Positions 30,020-41,789 of a DNA stretch of 44,487 nucleotides are shown in pieces. A program made the translations under genes and the position numbers. The stretch lies in contig JALAGF010003319.1 in the NCBI GenBank assembly GCA_030167865.1, positions 1 through 44,487 of the forward strand, in the 5' to 3' direction. Under the pieces are notes generated by a model. It saw nothing but the letters and a program-made list of their open reading frames with translations. It searched no databases and was not told the origin of the DNA. The stretch's first letter is position 1. Each line of letters opens with the position of its first letter. The stretch is from Craspedostauros australis. Its lineage: Eukaryota.

Positions 30020-31990
30020 TCACGTGTTGTCATCATGCCCCAGCACTTCTGGCGATGACCTCAAAAAGAAGTAAATAAGGTTGAGCCAGGTTGCGGACCC
30101 ACCAGAAATCTCTTCCCCTGGACCACCACGACTAGTGTCTGACGCCTTGTGTTTGCGCCTTCGCTGTTTCTCTGCTCGTGGTTGCGGCTCTGCTGTTGCC
30201 TTTGGTTGCTTGATTTCCTTCCTCTTGTTGCTTGGCTCATTCTGCGCATGCTGCGGCGCCAATGCGGCGAATTGGAATGCCACCAGGCCAGTGGTCGGAT
30301 CAGCGATTGTCGCAGCCTCCGGGAATAGTTTCCACGTCTCCAGAATTGCGCTATGAATGCCTTCTTGATTCGCGATCAACTGTGGCACATCGTCACTCTC
30401 AGCTTCCTTCCCAGTTGTATTTCCATTTCCATTTGTTTTGCCATCGCCACCACCGCAGATGCTGTCGATGGTTACATGCTCCTCCAATCGTCGATAGCTG
30501 TCGATGGCGATGTACAGCGGGAGTCTCCCATCGCTGCGTCTCGCTTGCTGAATGCTGCGGGGGCATGCTTTCACCAGCGGAAGCCAAAAGGCTGGTGGAT
30601 GCCTGCATCTGAGAGCCAAATGCAGCGGCGTGGAGCCGTCCGTGCCATTGCAATGATGCAGCGATTCGGGATCAATCTGCGTCAGGTACTTCATGAGATT
30701 CGTCGCTTCCCGACATCGCCCAACGCTATCGCTGCCATGCAGCATCAATGTACTTTCCCAGAATCGCTGCGCGTCCTGCGCACGACAAGCATGATGCAGC
30801 ATCGAATCACCGTTGATGTCGCGATGACGCATGTGGGATGGCTGGATGCGAAGCAAGACGTGCTGCATCAGCCTGCTGGAGACTTTGAGGAGGAGATGGG
30901 AGCATGCGATACTGGCGCGCAACAACGCCAGCTGTCTCTGGATAAGGTCCTGATCGACGTGTTCGTGAGAATAATTTCCATTTGCATCCATCGATGGCCA
31001 AACGTTGTCGCAATCTCCGTCGCTGCTATCATCGTCTTGCATGCAGTCGTGATCAACGGATGGCGCTGCCGCTCTTTCCTTGGGTATCGACTGCGGATCA
31101 CGCGCGAAACAGATCGCGCGGTGTGTCTCAACGAGAAGGTATTGCAGCAGCTCCGAGAGTGGCTCATCGTTTTCATCGATACCGGCGGACATCGACACGA
31201 GTTCGTTTCGCATGTCCAACCTCCGCAGCTCGTCGTTCGCGACGTAAACCAGTGGAGTTATGGCCCTCTTGCGACTCGTCAGCAGCAAGGATTGTCTCGA
31301 GACATCATGATCGACCAGAAGCTGGACGATGTCATCCCGAAACGAACTATCCTGACGAATCGCTTGCAGCACGGGCGCGTCGCCATGCGCGTTGGGTGCA
31401 TGCAGCGATCGGCGCGTCATGTCTTGCACGATGAGGCATTCGATGAGAACGACAGAGGCCTCCTTGTCAATCGCGATGGACAACGGCGTGCTGCAATGAG
31501 ATGTCGGCAGCAGCAAATGTGGGCAGACGCTGGCGATGCGCTCGATGATGTCGATGGGAACGGGCGGGTGGCAGTTTGTCTTGCGGCATAGAGCATGCAG
31601 CAGGGATTCGTGACGCCCGTGTGAGTAGCGCGCTGTGTTGGACGAGACGCGCGTTCTAGCTTCCACGACGGCGCGGAAGAGATCGTGTTGTGTCGATGGT
31701 GTGGTGCGGGAATGAGTGTGGGTATCGTCAGTTCCATCATCGTTGTCTTTGTCTTTGTCGCTGCTGCTGTTGTCGCAGTTGGGGATATGATCGCTTGGGA
31801 GCATGCTGTTGAGGCGATTGCGGAAGCGCCTCCATGCTGTGTTGCGGACGCAATCATCGAGATCTTTGCGGATCGCAGCCACGTCGTACTTGTTCATGAT
31901 GGTCGATCGCGAGTCGACATTGACTGTCTCGACAAGGGCACTCCAAGGACAGTGTCGAATGGGGTCTCGCGGTGCGGGAATGGGAGGCAT
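30020..31990 (-). CDS. Degenerate ankyrin-repeat protein of the diatom type (~656 aa)
   Basis: TPLSIAI, NAHGDAPVLQAI, DINGDSMLHHAC, DGSTPLHLAL, DGRLPLYIAI, TTGLVAFQFAA, terminal LIYFFLRSSPEVL. Confidence 0.8.
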   Translation of the reverse strand: MPPIPAPRDPIRHCPWSALVETVNVDSRSTIMNKYDVAAIRKDLDDCVRNTAWRRFRNRLNSMLPSDHIPNCDNSSSDKDKDNDDGTDDTHTHSRTTPSTQHDLFRAVVEARTRVSSNTARYSHGRHESLLHALCRKTNCHPPVPIDIIERIASVCPHLLLPTSHCSTPLSIAIDKEASVVLIECLIVQDMTRRSLHAPNAHGDAPVLQAIRQDSSFRDDIVQLLVDHDVSRQSLLLTSRKRAITPLVYVANDELRRLDMRNELVSMSAGIDENDEPLSELLQYLLVETHRAICFARDPQSIPKERAAAPSVDHDCMQDDDSSDGDCDNVWPSMDANGNYSHEHVDQDLIQRQLALLRASIACSHLLLKVSSRLMQHVLLRIQPSHMRHRDINGDSMLHHACRAQDAQRFWESTLMLHGSDSVGRCREATNLMKYLTQIDPESLHHCNGTDGSTPLHLALRCRHPPAFWLPLVKACPRSIQQARRSDGRLPLYIAIDSYRRLEEHVTIDSICGGGDGKTNGNGNTTGKEAESDDVPQLIANQEGIHSAILETWKLFPEAATIADPTTGLVAFQFAALAPQHAQNEPSNKRKEIKQPKATAEPQPRAEKQRRRKHKASDTSRGGPGEEISGGSATWLNLIYFFLRSSPEVLGHDDNT

Positions 31991-32705
31991 CTCTTGTGTG
32001 TCTGGATGGGATTGGCGAGTGTGACGAAGGAGGGGTTGGTGGTGGTCGCAAAAAGCCAACCGCACGTAGATAGTTGACCCAAAATCAGCTCTTTTTGGTC
32101 AACCATTTATTGACCTTGGAATACCTGCTTGTCTTGAGTGACTTAGGTCTCTTTGTTTTTTGGAATACGTATTTTAAGGTTGGAAACGGCACTGTTATTC
32201 ACCACGAGCCGAAATTATCCAGTTCAACCGACGTGACCGAGCTGCCGCCAAAACAATGCTGAACACAAAATTGGCTTCGCGCCGGCCAAGTTTCCGCCTC
32301 CACTCGCGTGCATCACTGGTCATCAGTGCTGTCATTGTCGCCACCACCACTTTCACGATCGCAGTCGTCTCCACCATCTTCATTTTCGCATCGGAGCACT
32401 GTTCCACATCTCAAGCCACAACCCCACCGAGAATCATTCGCAAGCTAACAGCCCGCAACAGCCCGCAATACCGTGCAATACCTTGCAACATCCTGTGTTC
32501 CCGATCACACCAACGACGACGCTTGCCGTACGACACCACACATAGCTCACAGCTCGCAGCAGGAACAGCAAGGACAGCAGCAAGGACAACGCCAACGAAC
32601 ACACCAATCCCACAGGTCGTACCACACTCCACAGAATTGCACCCGGTGGATGCCACCTATTTACATCCACACTGAAGCAATATCATCCACATCCTCACAT
32701 TCACA

Positions 32706-34094
32706 ATGCCGGAATCCAAAGATGGGTCCTTCAAGATGTTCCTCCTCGGATGGTTCGTCCTGCAAAGCACCAGCCAGACGTTGCTGGGCGCGTACACGCT
32801 GTCCGCCGTGCCGAAGGAGGACAACTACAACATCAATCACTTCCTGCTCATGGCGGAATGCTGCAAGTTCTTTCTGAGCTGCGTCCTGGAGGCCTACACT
32901 CTGCACACGCAAGGCCAGCTGCGAGCGCTGATGTCGCCTCACAAAGCGTGGCATTGGATCATGGATACGTGCAAAGATGGCTGGAAGATGGCCATCCCTG
33001 CCATCCTCTACTGGGTGGCCAACAACCTCTCGTACCTCTCGTTGGCCAATCTGCCAGCGCCGGTCTTTCAGGTCCTGCTGCAAAGCAAGGTCCTCATCAC
33101 GGCGCTGCTCAGCGTGTGCCTGCTGCAGCGCAAGTACGTCGCGAGGCAGTGGATATGCCTCCTCGCGTTAGCGATCGGGGTTGCGTCGGTGGTTCTGGGG
33201 GAGAGCCACATCGATCTCCTCAGCTTCCTGCGGCCATCGGGAAATGCGCGGCTGGAAGCTGCGGCCGTGATGGAGGCGACATCGCCTCCCGACTCATCCA
33301 AATCCACCGTCGTTGGTGTGCTGGCGATATCGGTGGGCGCATTCATGGGCAGCATGGCAGGCGTCTTCTTCGAGGTTGTGCTGAAACGCAAAAGCGGCGG
33401 CGCGGCTCCGCAACCGCAATCAACCATCGAGCGACAATCGTCGTGCTGCAAGGATGATGTGGAAACTGCGGACACGGATGTGGGATCTGAAGCCAGCGAG
33501 CCGGACGCTGCCAGTGTCAGCAAGGCCGACGATGGCGATGCCTCTCAATATAGGGCTGACAAGCCATCGGAGATGTCCAGCGAAAAGTTACCCTCCGTCT
33601 GGCTGCGCAACGTGCAGCTCGCATTCTTTTCCATCATCGCGGCGTGGCTGCGCGTCCAGCAGTCCAATCGAAAAACGATCAAAGCCGATGGAATCCCCAA
33701 AGATTTCTTCCACGGATTCACAGCCCTCGTATGGGTCCAGGTCGTGCAGCTGGCCATCGGTGGATTGGTCGTTGCGGCTGTCATCAAGTACTCCGACAAC
33801 GTCATGAGAGGACTGGCGACGGGTCTCAGCGTCGTATTCGCGACCGCGTTCAGCATCGCCTTCATGGGCACGAAATTGACGTCCGGTTTCATCATGGGGG
33901 CTGTCTTCATCGTCGCCTCCGTCTACTTCTTCTCAAATCCAATTCCGACCGAACTCAAGCTGCCGGGCTCCATACCAGGTGCCCCGCCCAAGTCGAAGAT
34001 GATCCTCGGTGCGGTGGTGGCGCTCCTGTTCATGTTTGAAGTTACTTCCGGAAATAGCCTGCAGCAGTTGATGGCGATGGAGCAAAGAACGTGA
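32706..34094 (+). CDS. Nucleotide-sugar transporter, SLC35A (UDP-Gal / CMP-sialic acid / UDP-GlcNAc) family
   Basis: AECCKF, AIPAILYWVANNLSY, FQVLLQSKVLITAL, RQWICL, AGVFFEVVLK, SVWLRNVQL, GGLVVAAVIKYSDNV; multiple TM helices. Confidence 0.93.
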   Translation: MPESKDGSFKMFLLGWFVLQSTSQTLLGAYTLSAVPKEDNYNINHFLLMAECCKFFLSCVLEAYTLHTQGQLRALMSPHKAWHWIMDTCKDGWKMAIPAILYWVANNLSYLSLANLPAPVFQVLLQSKVLITALLSVCLLQRKYVARQWICLLALAIGVASVVLGESHIDLLSFLRPSGNARLEAAAVMEATSPPDSSKSTVVGVLAISVGAFMGSMAGVFFEVVLKRKSGGAAPQPQSTIERQSSCCKDDVETADTDVGSEASEPDAASVSKADDGDASQYRADKPSEMSSEKLPSVWLRNVQLAFFSIIAAWLRVQQSNRKTIKADGIPKDFFHGFTALVWVQVVQLAIGGLVVAAVIKYSDNVMRGLATGLSVVFATAFSIAFMGTKLTSGFIMGAVFIVASVYFFSNPIPTELKLPGSIPGAPPKSKMILGAVVALLFMFEVTSGNSLQQLMAMEQRT

Positions 34095-34594
34095 AACGAA
34101 GAGATTTTGAAAACGGTGCCATTGTTGGCGAGGATGCAGATACATTGCGATAGACTATCATTATCAATCCATCGTACTGCTATTACATACTCGCACTCGC
34201 ACAGTAAAATGCAGTGCAGTCCAGTGTTCACTCATACGCAGCCTCGTCCAAGCCCAACAGAGAAGAAGACAAATGGTGGCAATCAATTATCCGCATATCG
34301 TGCGCCGCGGCCCGCATGACGTAGTCGTTTGACATGTTGCTATCCCGTTACTGTCGTGCTCTGTTATGTTCTATCACAATACCTACTGTACCAGTACCAT
34401 ACAATGATCCCCCATTTGATCCTCGCACACCATTGTGCGTACATTTACATACGATCGGATGCTCACTCTCTTCTCCCCCATCAGCCTGAGCACGTCGTTG
34501 AACTCCCGCCACCCAACCCCCACCCACATCCACGCCGTGGCAATTGCCATTCCATTTCTCAGTCTTCAAACGAAAGACATGATCATGATCATCA

Positions 34595-37500
34595 TCAGAA
34601 GTATGACGTTCGCGTCGATGCATCAAAGCACAGACGCTTGCGCTTTCTTGGTTGCTTGCCGTCGCCACCGCCTCCACCACGACGATCACCGGCAACATAG
34701 TCATCATCGTCGTCAATGTCGGAGCCGCTTGAGCTGGAATTCAACGCAGCCTCCGAACGCATGAGACCGCGGAACTCCGCGTATTGGCGGACGAGCGGCG
34801 TCATGCGGATCTTCTCGTTGTCCTTGGGAACCTTGGAGAGCGGAAGCTGGGAGTCGAATGCAAACATGTGCGCCTTCGACGAGATTCTATCGCACAGCCG
34901 ATCGGTGGCTTGAGGATCGAAGCCAAGGATGCGAGACTCGGAGAGATTGTAAGTCTTTTGCAGGAAGCCCTTGAGGCGCAGCAGCAGGGTTACGACAGAT
35001 GCCTCGCAGCACAGCAGTGCAAACCGAGTTCTATCGAAATTGCTGTCGAACAGCGCCGCGATGCTCTGGACATTTCGTGGTCGTGATGCTTTCGCTGCGA
35101 CCTCCAACGCATCCTCCCCATGAGCCGTGTTATCGAGCTCGTCTTCTCCCACCAAACCAAGAGGACGCAGCATGTCACCAAAACGGTCCAGCACGCTGGC
35201 TCCCTCCACGATCAATTTAGAAGAGATGTGGTGGATGATGTAGAGAGGATCTGTTGGTGACGTGTACGGTAGATGGGCCAATACTTGACACACGAAACCC
35301 AACAGAGGAAGATCGATGTTGCTGATAGGTGCACCAGCCGTGAGCGTTCCATCTTCGGTATTCTTCCCATGTCGCTTCCCGTTCTTCTCATGCTTTTTCG
35401 TTCGGATGGAGTCAGATTTGGACTTGGACGTTGACGAGTCCGTTCGTCGTCGCGCAGATTTGTCGCTATCCACATCGAAGATGCACAGAAGGCTACGGAA
35501 GAGTCCATGACGCTGCTTCTGACTGCTGCGGATGCATTCCTCGAAGACGCTGCCAAAGACACACTCGACTCGGACCTCGTGGAGGCGACGGATCTTCACT
35601 AAAGCAGAGATGGATTCTTTGTTCGGGTACACCGTCCGCTGGAACTTGTAGGCCTCCTTCACACCAGCACCGACTCGTTGACGCAGCATGTCCGGGCGCT
35701 TCTTCCCCTCGATCATGATGAGCTTCAATGCGCTGGTCCGAATCACGTCCTCGTCGACGTCGCCCTGAAGCGCCAGGAGGTACGGCATCGTTTCGATGGG
35801 ATTGATTTGCCCTTGTCGCAGAAGCTGCCCGACGAGTTCGACGGCAGCGAAGCGGACGCGCGGGTGGACGGACTGCGTCAGCGCAAACAGCTTCGCGGCA
35901 TGTCCATTTAGCACGCCGCCGAACAGCGTCGCGTCCTTGTCATTGCTCCCTCCACCTTTGTTGGGAGTCACAGCGACTTTGCCAGCCTTGAGCCTGTCTC
36001 TAGTTGCATCGCCCTCGATACGAGCTTCTTCAGCCAGCAACACCTCACGCCACACGCGTAGCGCCTCGAGTTGCACGGTGGCATGGGCAGCCGGGGACAT
36101 GACTTTCGCTATGAGGCCTCGCTGGTCCATGATGAACATTTCGCGAGGATTTGTGATGAAGATGCTTCCAAGCGCGCGCAGCGCTGCGCATTTGGTGGAA
36201 TGATCGAGTTTCTTGATGTACGCGAGGAAGATTCGCTCGCAGACAACCGGGATGGTTGACCACGTGAATTCTTGATCATGGTCCTCCACACTCATTGCGG
36301 CGGTAGAAGCGGTGTGCATCGGCGGGGGCAGGTGGTGGTTCTTGCAGATGGACCCCAGCACGCTCAGGGCTCGCTGGACGCCAGTTCTGAGCTTCACATT
36401 TACCTTGGCGAAGTCAGTTCGATCTTTGTGCTTTGCCAAAAAGCCATGAAAGGTCTTGGCAAGTTGCACCAGCTTGTGTCGCAGCGGGCTGTTGGGCCGG
36501 CAGCATCGATGATGTGCCAGTGCGCACAATGCTTCAACGGCAGCTGCTATCGCGCCCTTGCCGAACTTGTACGTGATGGCGATCAAATCGTCAGCCAACG
36601 AGGTCGATGCGAGACGTTCCAATTCGCTCGCGCACAATGCGTTGCTGATGTGTGCGAAGATCTTGCAGATGGACGCGACGATCGCGGATTCGTCATCGGT
36701 TGAAACGCCGTTGTCTGCCTTGAGGTACGGCAACAGCGTATCGACATGATGCAGCACGGCGCTTGGTGAGACATCGCTGAACACTTGAATCGTGCGCACC
36801 ACCGCGGCGATGTCTTTGCCAAATGTTTTCGATGCTCTCGGTCCCTTCTCCTCCATCGAGATCAGAATGTCGATCAACGACTCGAGCAGCATGGTGCAGT
36901 GCTTTTCTGTCACACACCGACGTTGCTGTCTCTCTTGCAACCGTCGGCTTTTGTCGGCATCGTTCGTGCCGGACAGAAGCTCTTGCATCAAGACAGTCAA
37001 GTCGTGAATATCGTTGCCTTCCTTCACCACTTCCACCATTTGCTCCGCCGCCACCTGCGCTCTATCCTTGAGAGTAGTAGTTGTCATCCCTGTGGTAGTT
37101 GCGATCTTCATGCTTCCTGGTGTGTTCATTCCGAGCGGCGCCGTTCCAACAGCTCTCGTTGATGCCGATATTGGAACAGGTGGCAATGGTGGTGATGGTG
37201 TTGCCGATGGCTTGGCTGTCCCCGGTGTCGAGATCACCGGTGTGGCGACGATATAGTTTCCCTGGACGCCGTCGATGTGTTCCACATCCTTCACCAAGCT
37301 GGATGGTGTCACGTGGCTCGGTGCTGCCATCGGGTAGCCTTGCTTCGGAGTTGAGTGAGTCGTGCAGACGACGCGGTCGTTCCCATCCTCAAGCCATATC
37401 TTCAAGAAAAGGGCATGGATGAGGTCTCGGACCATATCGTCTTCCTCCGGGTTGGCTGCCAGCTTCAGAAGCTCGCTGCATGCTTCCGCTCTGCCTTCGT

Positions 37501-40500
37501 AGGATGGATTGGAGCTGAGGATGTTCTGGAGGATCTTCACCGTCCGCTTCCTCACGCTCAATCCAGGATCTCTCATGCCTGTGAGGAATGCGTAATGGAA
37601 CGAATTCGCCACAGCCGGTGTGTGGACCGCGTACGCTCCAACCAGAGACACGGCCGCCTCCCGCACCGAGATGGATTCGTCTGAGACTCGTTGGATCACG
37701 GCTTTCTTGAGGAATTGGTACAGCATGAGCTTGGGATCCGAATCAGTGATCCGTTCGATCGCTTTCACAGCGAGCTTGCGAATGGATGGCGAGGTCTCTG
37801 ATCCCATCAGGTTTACCATGAATTCCACCTGGCTCTTGAAGCATCGCAGCAGGCCCGACTTGGTCGTTGCCAGATGGATCATCATGCGGCTTCTGCCTTC
37901 CTCGGAGAGGCAGTGCAACATGCCGCTCAAAGACGATGACTTTGCCGACGATGTTGCTGATGGCGACTCCGTTGACGATGAGACCATCGACGGTTCCTTG
38001 TACCCTGCTTCGCCCGTGGTCTGGTTTGATTCCGAAGGACTCCATAAGCCTGAGAGCAGGCTCAAAAGTGGAGACGTGGGGACAGTCGCAGCCAGAATTC
38101 GTTCGCCAGGTGTCACATTGTGCGCCTTGGTAACGGCGTCGTAGGCTTCGTGCATCCAGCTCGCCATGTGGAATTGATACGCTTCAGCTGCGACGAAGGG
38201 AGACTGTGCACCTTCACCCTGTCGGGCCACTCGTGACAAGTAGTCCAAGCAGAGGCGCCGCATGGCGAAGTGATTATCGATGAATTTCTCGTCGTCCGTT
38301 TGCTTCTTGCGAGCGCCGCCGATCCAACTTTCGCCACGGTTCGCAAATCTGTCTCGCTCGTATTCGATGATGCGTCCAAGCTGGCAGCCATCGCAGAACC
38401 ATTCCGCAGGAATGGTCTCCCGGCTCAACCCCACGCAGCCTCCGTGATACCAATGATGGCATCTATCGCAATCCAGCATGAGTTTCGACTCGGCCTCCGC
38501 TGCTGGGTCGAAGTTGCTGGATGGCACGGCACTGCAAACATCTGGGCTGGCAGAACCACCCGTGCCCCCACTTGCCATCGCGTCCGCCGATGTGCATGAC
38601 ACGCAGTAGCAATCCAGCTTTTCTCCGTCCGCAGCAGGGGTCGTGGCCGATGCGGGAAGTTTGACTGGCCGATCGCGGCGGAATGCCAGTATCTTTGCTT
38701 CGGTGGCGCAAATCCTCCCAAGCACATCGAAGGCTGTGTTGAGGAAGGTGGATTCCACCGCGTGCAGCGAACGCGACGATTTGTTCGCCCGCATCAGGTC
38801 TCTGCTGAGGAATGTGACGATCGTCATCAAGAGCATCTCAGCGGCCGGGTATTCAGGAACGAGCATGAGTGCGAGCAAATCGTCGACGAGGTTGTTGAGG
38901 ACTGGGCGGAATGCGGACGCTCCTCCATCTTCCCCCTTTCTGGCGCATCTACCGAGGAGCTGCTGTACGAAATCGTCGCAGAGTTGCTGCGTGTTTTTCA
39001 ACCCTTCCTTGAAGATCCAATATCCGTGCTTTTTGGTGAGAACTGCGCTGCTTTCGCAGTTTGAACGCTGTTGTGTCTCCACCTCGATATCCGACTTGAG
39101 AGAGTCGTTCATTTCAGATCCGTGTTGTTGCTGTTGCTGCTGCAGTTGCAATGGCCTTTCGACTGAGGTTTGGAGACAGGAGAGCAGGAGCGCTGTGATG
39201 GTCTGAATCATCTGCTGGTCGTGCCAAGTCTTGGAGCTGTTGCCGCTGCCACTGCTGCCGTCGGTATTGGCGCTATTGCTGCCACTGATCGAGGTAGAGC
39301 TGTGGACTGGCAGTCCCCGAGACAACGTGATGAGGGTGTGTGGGAAGAGCACGGAGGAGCGCCGCACCGGGAAGGTTCTCAGATTCTTCTTATTTCTCGG
39401 CATTCTCAGCATGATGGGGAAGAGGTCTTCGATGATGACGGAACGATGCGCGCGGTGCTTCCGAAAGATGGTGGTTACGATGCAAACCGCTGCGTGCTGG
39501 AGCTTCTGCCCGATGTGGATTTCGGCTGTGGTCGGTGGCTGGAGTTCCAATGTCGTGAGAACGACAGCCGCGAGATGGAAGATTTGCTGATCCTCCAACG
39601 AAATCTTCTTCACCAACCCTTCAAGACGCTCCATCATGACGACGGTCAGTTCCATTGTGGCATTGATCTTTCGATATACTTTGTCGAGTTCCCGCTTCAC
39701 AATGGCTTCGTCCAACGCAGCTGAGCGTCTTTGCTTTGCTCGACTCGAAGTCGAAGTCGATGTATCCACACTCTCGCCGTTCAAGGGATGCTGAGATGGA
39801 TTCCCGGATGATTGCGCAGACTTAGTCTTCGATGTGGCAGAGCTTGGATGTCGCCGCTTCTTGCTTGTGGAGGTTTGTGGAACAGCTGTGGCTGCATCCG
39901 GTTGGACGTCTGCGGAAGATTCCATCAAATGACCGACATGGTTGAGAGCTGGGAGAACGTTTTGAGACATATGGTGGCGCAACAGCGAGATGGATGCTTC
40001 AACGGCGTCGACAGAAATGACCTTGGGTGAAATAGCCGGTGTGGCCATGATGAAGAGCAGGATGGAAGCAGCCTGAAGGGCCAAGCGCAGTTGGTTGACG
40101 CGGCTCGAAGCCGCACCACGGAGCCACTGTTGATGTTGTGTGGTTGTTTCATGTTGGATACGATATGGTTGGGTTGAATGGGATATCATTGTGTCATTCC
40201 ACGCCGTGCCGCATCAAGTTGCGTTGCGTTGCGTTGCGTTGCGTTGCGTTGCAGGAATGGGGTGCATTGGAAAGGACTCGGCAGCTGGTGGTGAGAAAGG
40301 CGAAAATCACGCGTACGACCGAGTCCAACGTGCTCAGATGATGACCAGCCATGACCATCTGAAAGAATGCTTTTGGATTGAGGAATCAGCATGAAACAGC
40401 CAGTTGCCGGCTGCCAAGCATACAACACGATGGGCTTACCTGATCCGCAACGCTGTTGCTTCTGTTGGCGGCCATGTTGGTGGTTTCTGTGGTGTCGGCG

Positions 40501-41186
40501 TCAAGTATTTGGATGCATTCTGCGATCAGATGCACGTTGCATCCCGCGCGCATCTGTTTCTCCAAGATCGCGACGAGCTGACCCACCAGATCGGCATCCA
40601 CAGCCGCGAAGCCACCGCCATTGTCACCGATGTTGATGGATGGATGGTCAAGCTGTGCCTGATCGCGATCGACCTGGAATGATGGACGCTGGCGTTGACG
40701 TTGCTGTTGCAGGCTGCACAATTGCGCCAACTGGTCGATCTCGGAACCGAGCAAACCATCGGACTCGCGGTTTTCCTCAGACGAAAGGATTTGGCTCACA
40801 GTGTCGCCGAAGGTTTCATCGGCAGAGTTCTGTTCATGTGTCTGTTCCTTTTGCTGCGGCTGTTGCTGTGGCTGAGACCGAGGCCGTTGGGACTGAGGCT
40901 GGCTCGTCGGTGCTTGCGGAAACCGTGCTTGGGATTGGCGCGAAATCCCATTTTGCGAACACGAAGCCTCACGATTTTCTTGCTTGCGCTTCTGCTCCGA
41001 CTTTTGGGATGGCTGCTGCTGTTGGTTCTGCTTTGTGCGTCGTTGCTCCCGTCGCTTCGTCTGCCGTTGATTCTGCATCTGCGGAAGCGCTTGGGGTTGA
41101 TGCCATTGGGGAGGTTCATGTTGCTCCGGTGGCTGCTGCGGAATGCGGATCACGGCGCCTGCCTTGCGCTTGGTTTTCGGCGCCAT
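34595..41186 (-). CDS. SCC2: Cohesin loader Scc2/NIPBL, 2 exons (41186-40440, 40126-34595), ~2092 aa, with an internal PHD finger
   Basis: HRSVIIEDL, FRPVLNNLVDDLL..L.VPEYPAAE, cohesin HEAT IRKLAVKAI..D....SVREAAVSLVG..DPGLSVRKRTVKIL, Nipped-B_C LRQGQINP...PYLLALQGD, LAHLPY....PLYIIH, LLLRLKGFLQKTYNLSE. The intron 40439-40127 is in frame. Confidence 0.93.
40127..40439 (-). other. Intron of SCC2 (phase 0)
   Basis: CAG|GTAAGC donor at 40439, CAACAG acceptor ending 40127. Confidence 0.82.
40218..40252. repeat. (GTTGC)7 microsatellite, intronic
   Basis: Read directly from the sequence. Confidence 0.97.
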
Positions 41187-41789
41187 TTCTTTTTTCTTGG
41201 TCGTTGCTCTTATTGTGAGCTGATTGCGTCACAACGAACTGCGGAGAACGATTTTATCGCGATTTGTGCGTGGTGATGGTTCTCGTTGCTGGATGGTTTC
41301 GTGGTTGGACAGATTTCACACACAAACAACACGGCTCACAACAACAAGAAGGCATCGAATCCCGTGTTGTCTCATTCACGCATTGTCGCCACAAAGTGGA
41401 CGTTTTTGTCAACCAAAGTTGACTGGGTCATTCATCTCAGCAAGAAACGAGGAACGAGCATGCACTACACAATAGTTCGTGGACCATCGACATCCATGAG
41501 ACTCCATGGAGACTATGGCCCAACTCTACTCTACTCTACTAGACTCGACACGGATGAGAGGAATGATGATTCAACGTTGCATCGAGAGGATGTGGCATAC
41601 TCTCGTTCTTCTCTGGGGAGAGAGTTCTTGGAACGCTTTGATGTGCTTTGCATCGTGCTGGCCATGTCCGCATTCCTCCACACCTCCCAAGCGACAGCGA
41701 GGGGAAGAACCAAATGGCATAACCCAATCATGCAATGCTCGTTGCACAACCCAACCCAACCCAATTCAACCGATCCCAAGGCAACATGT

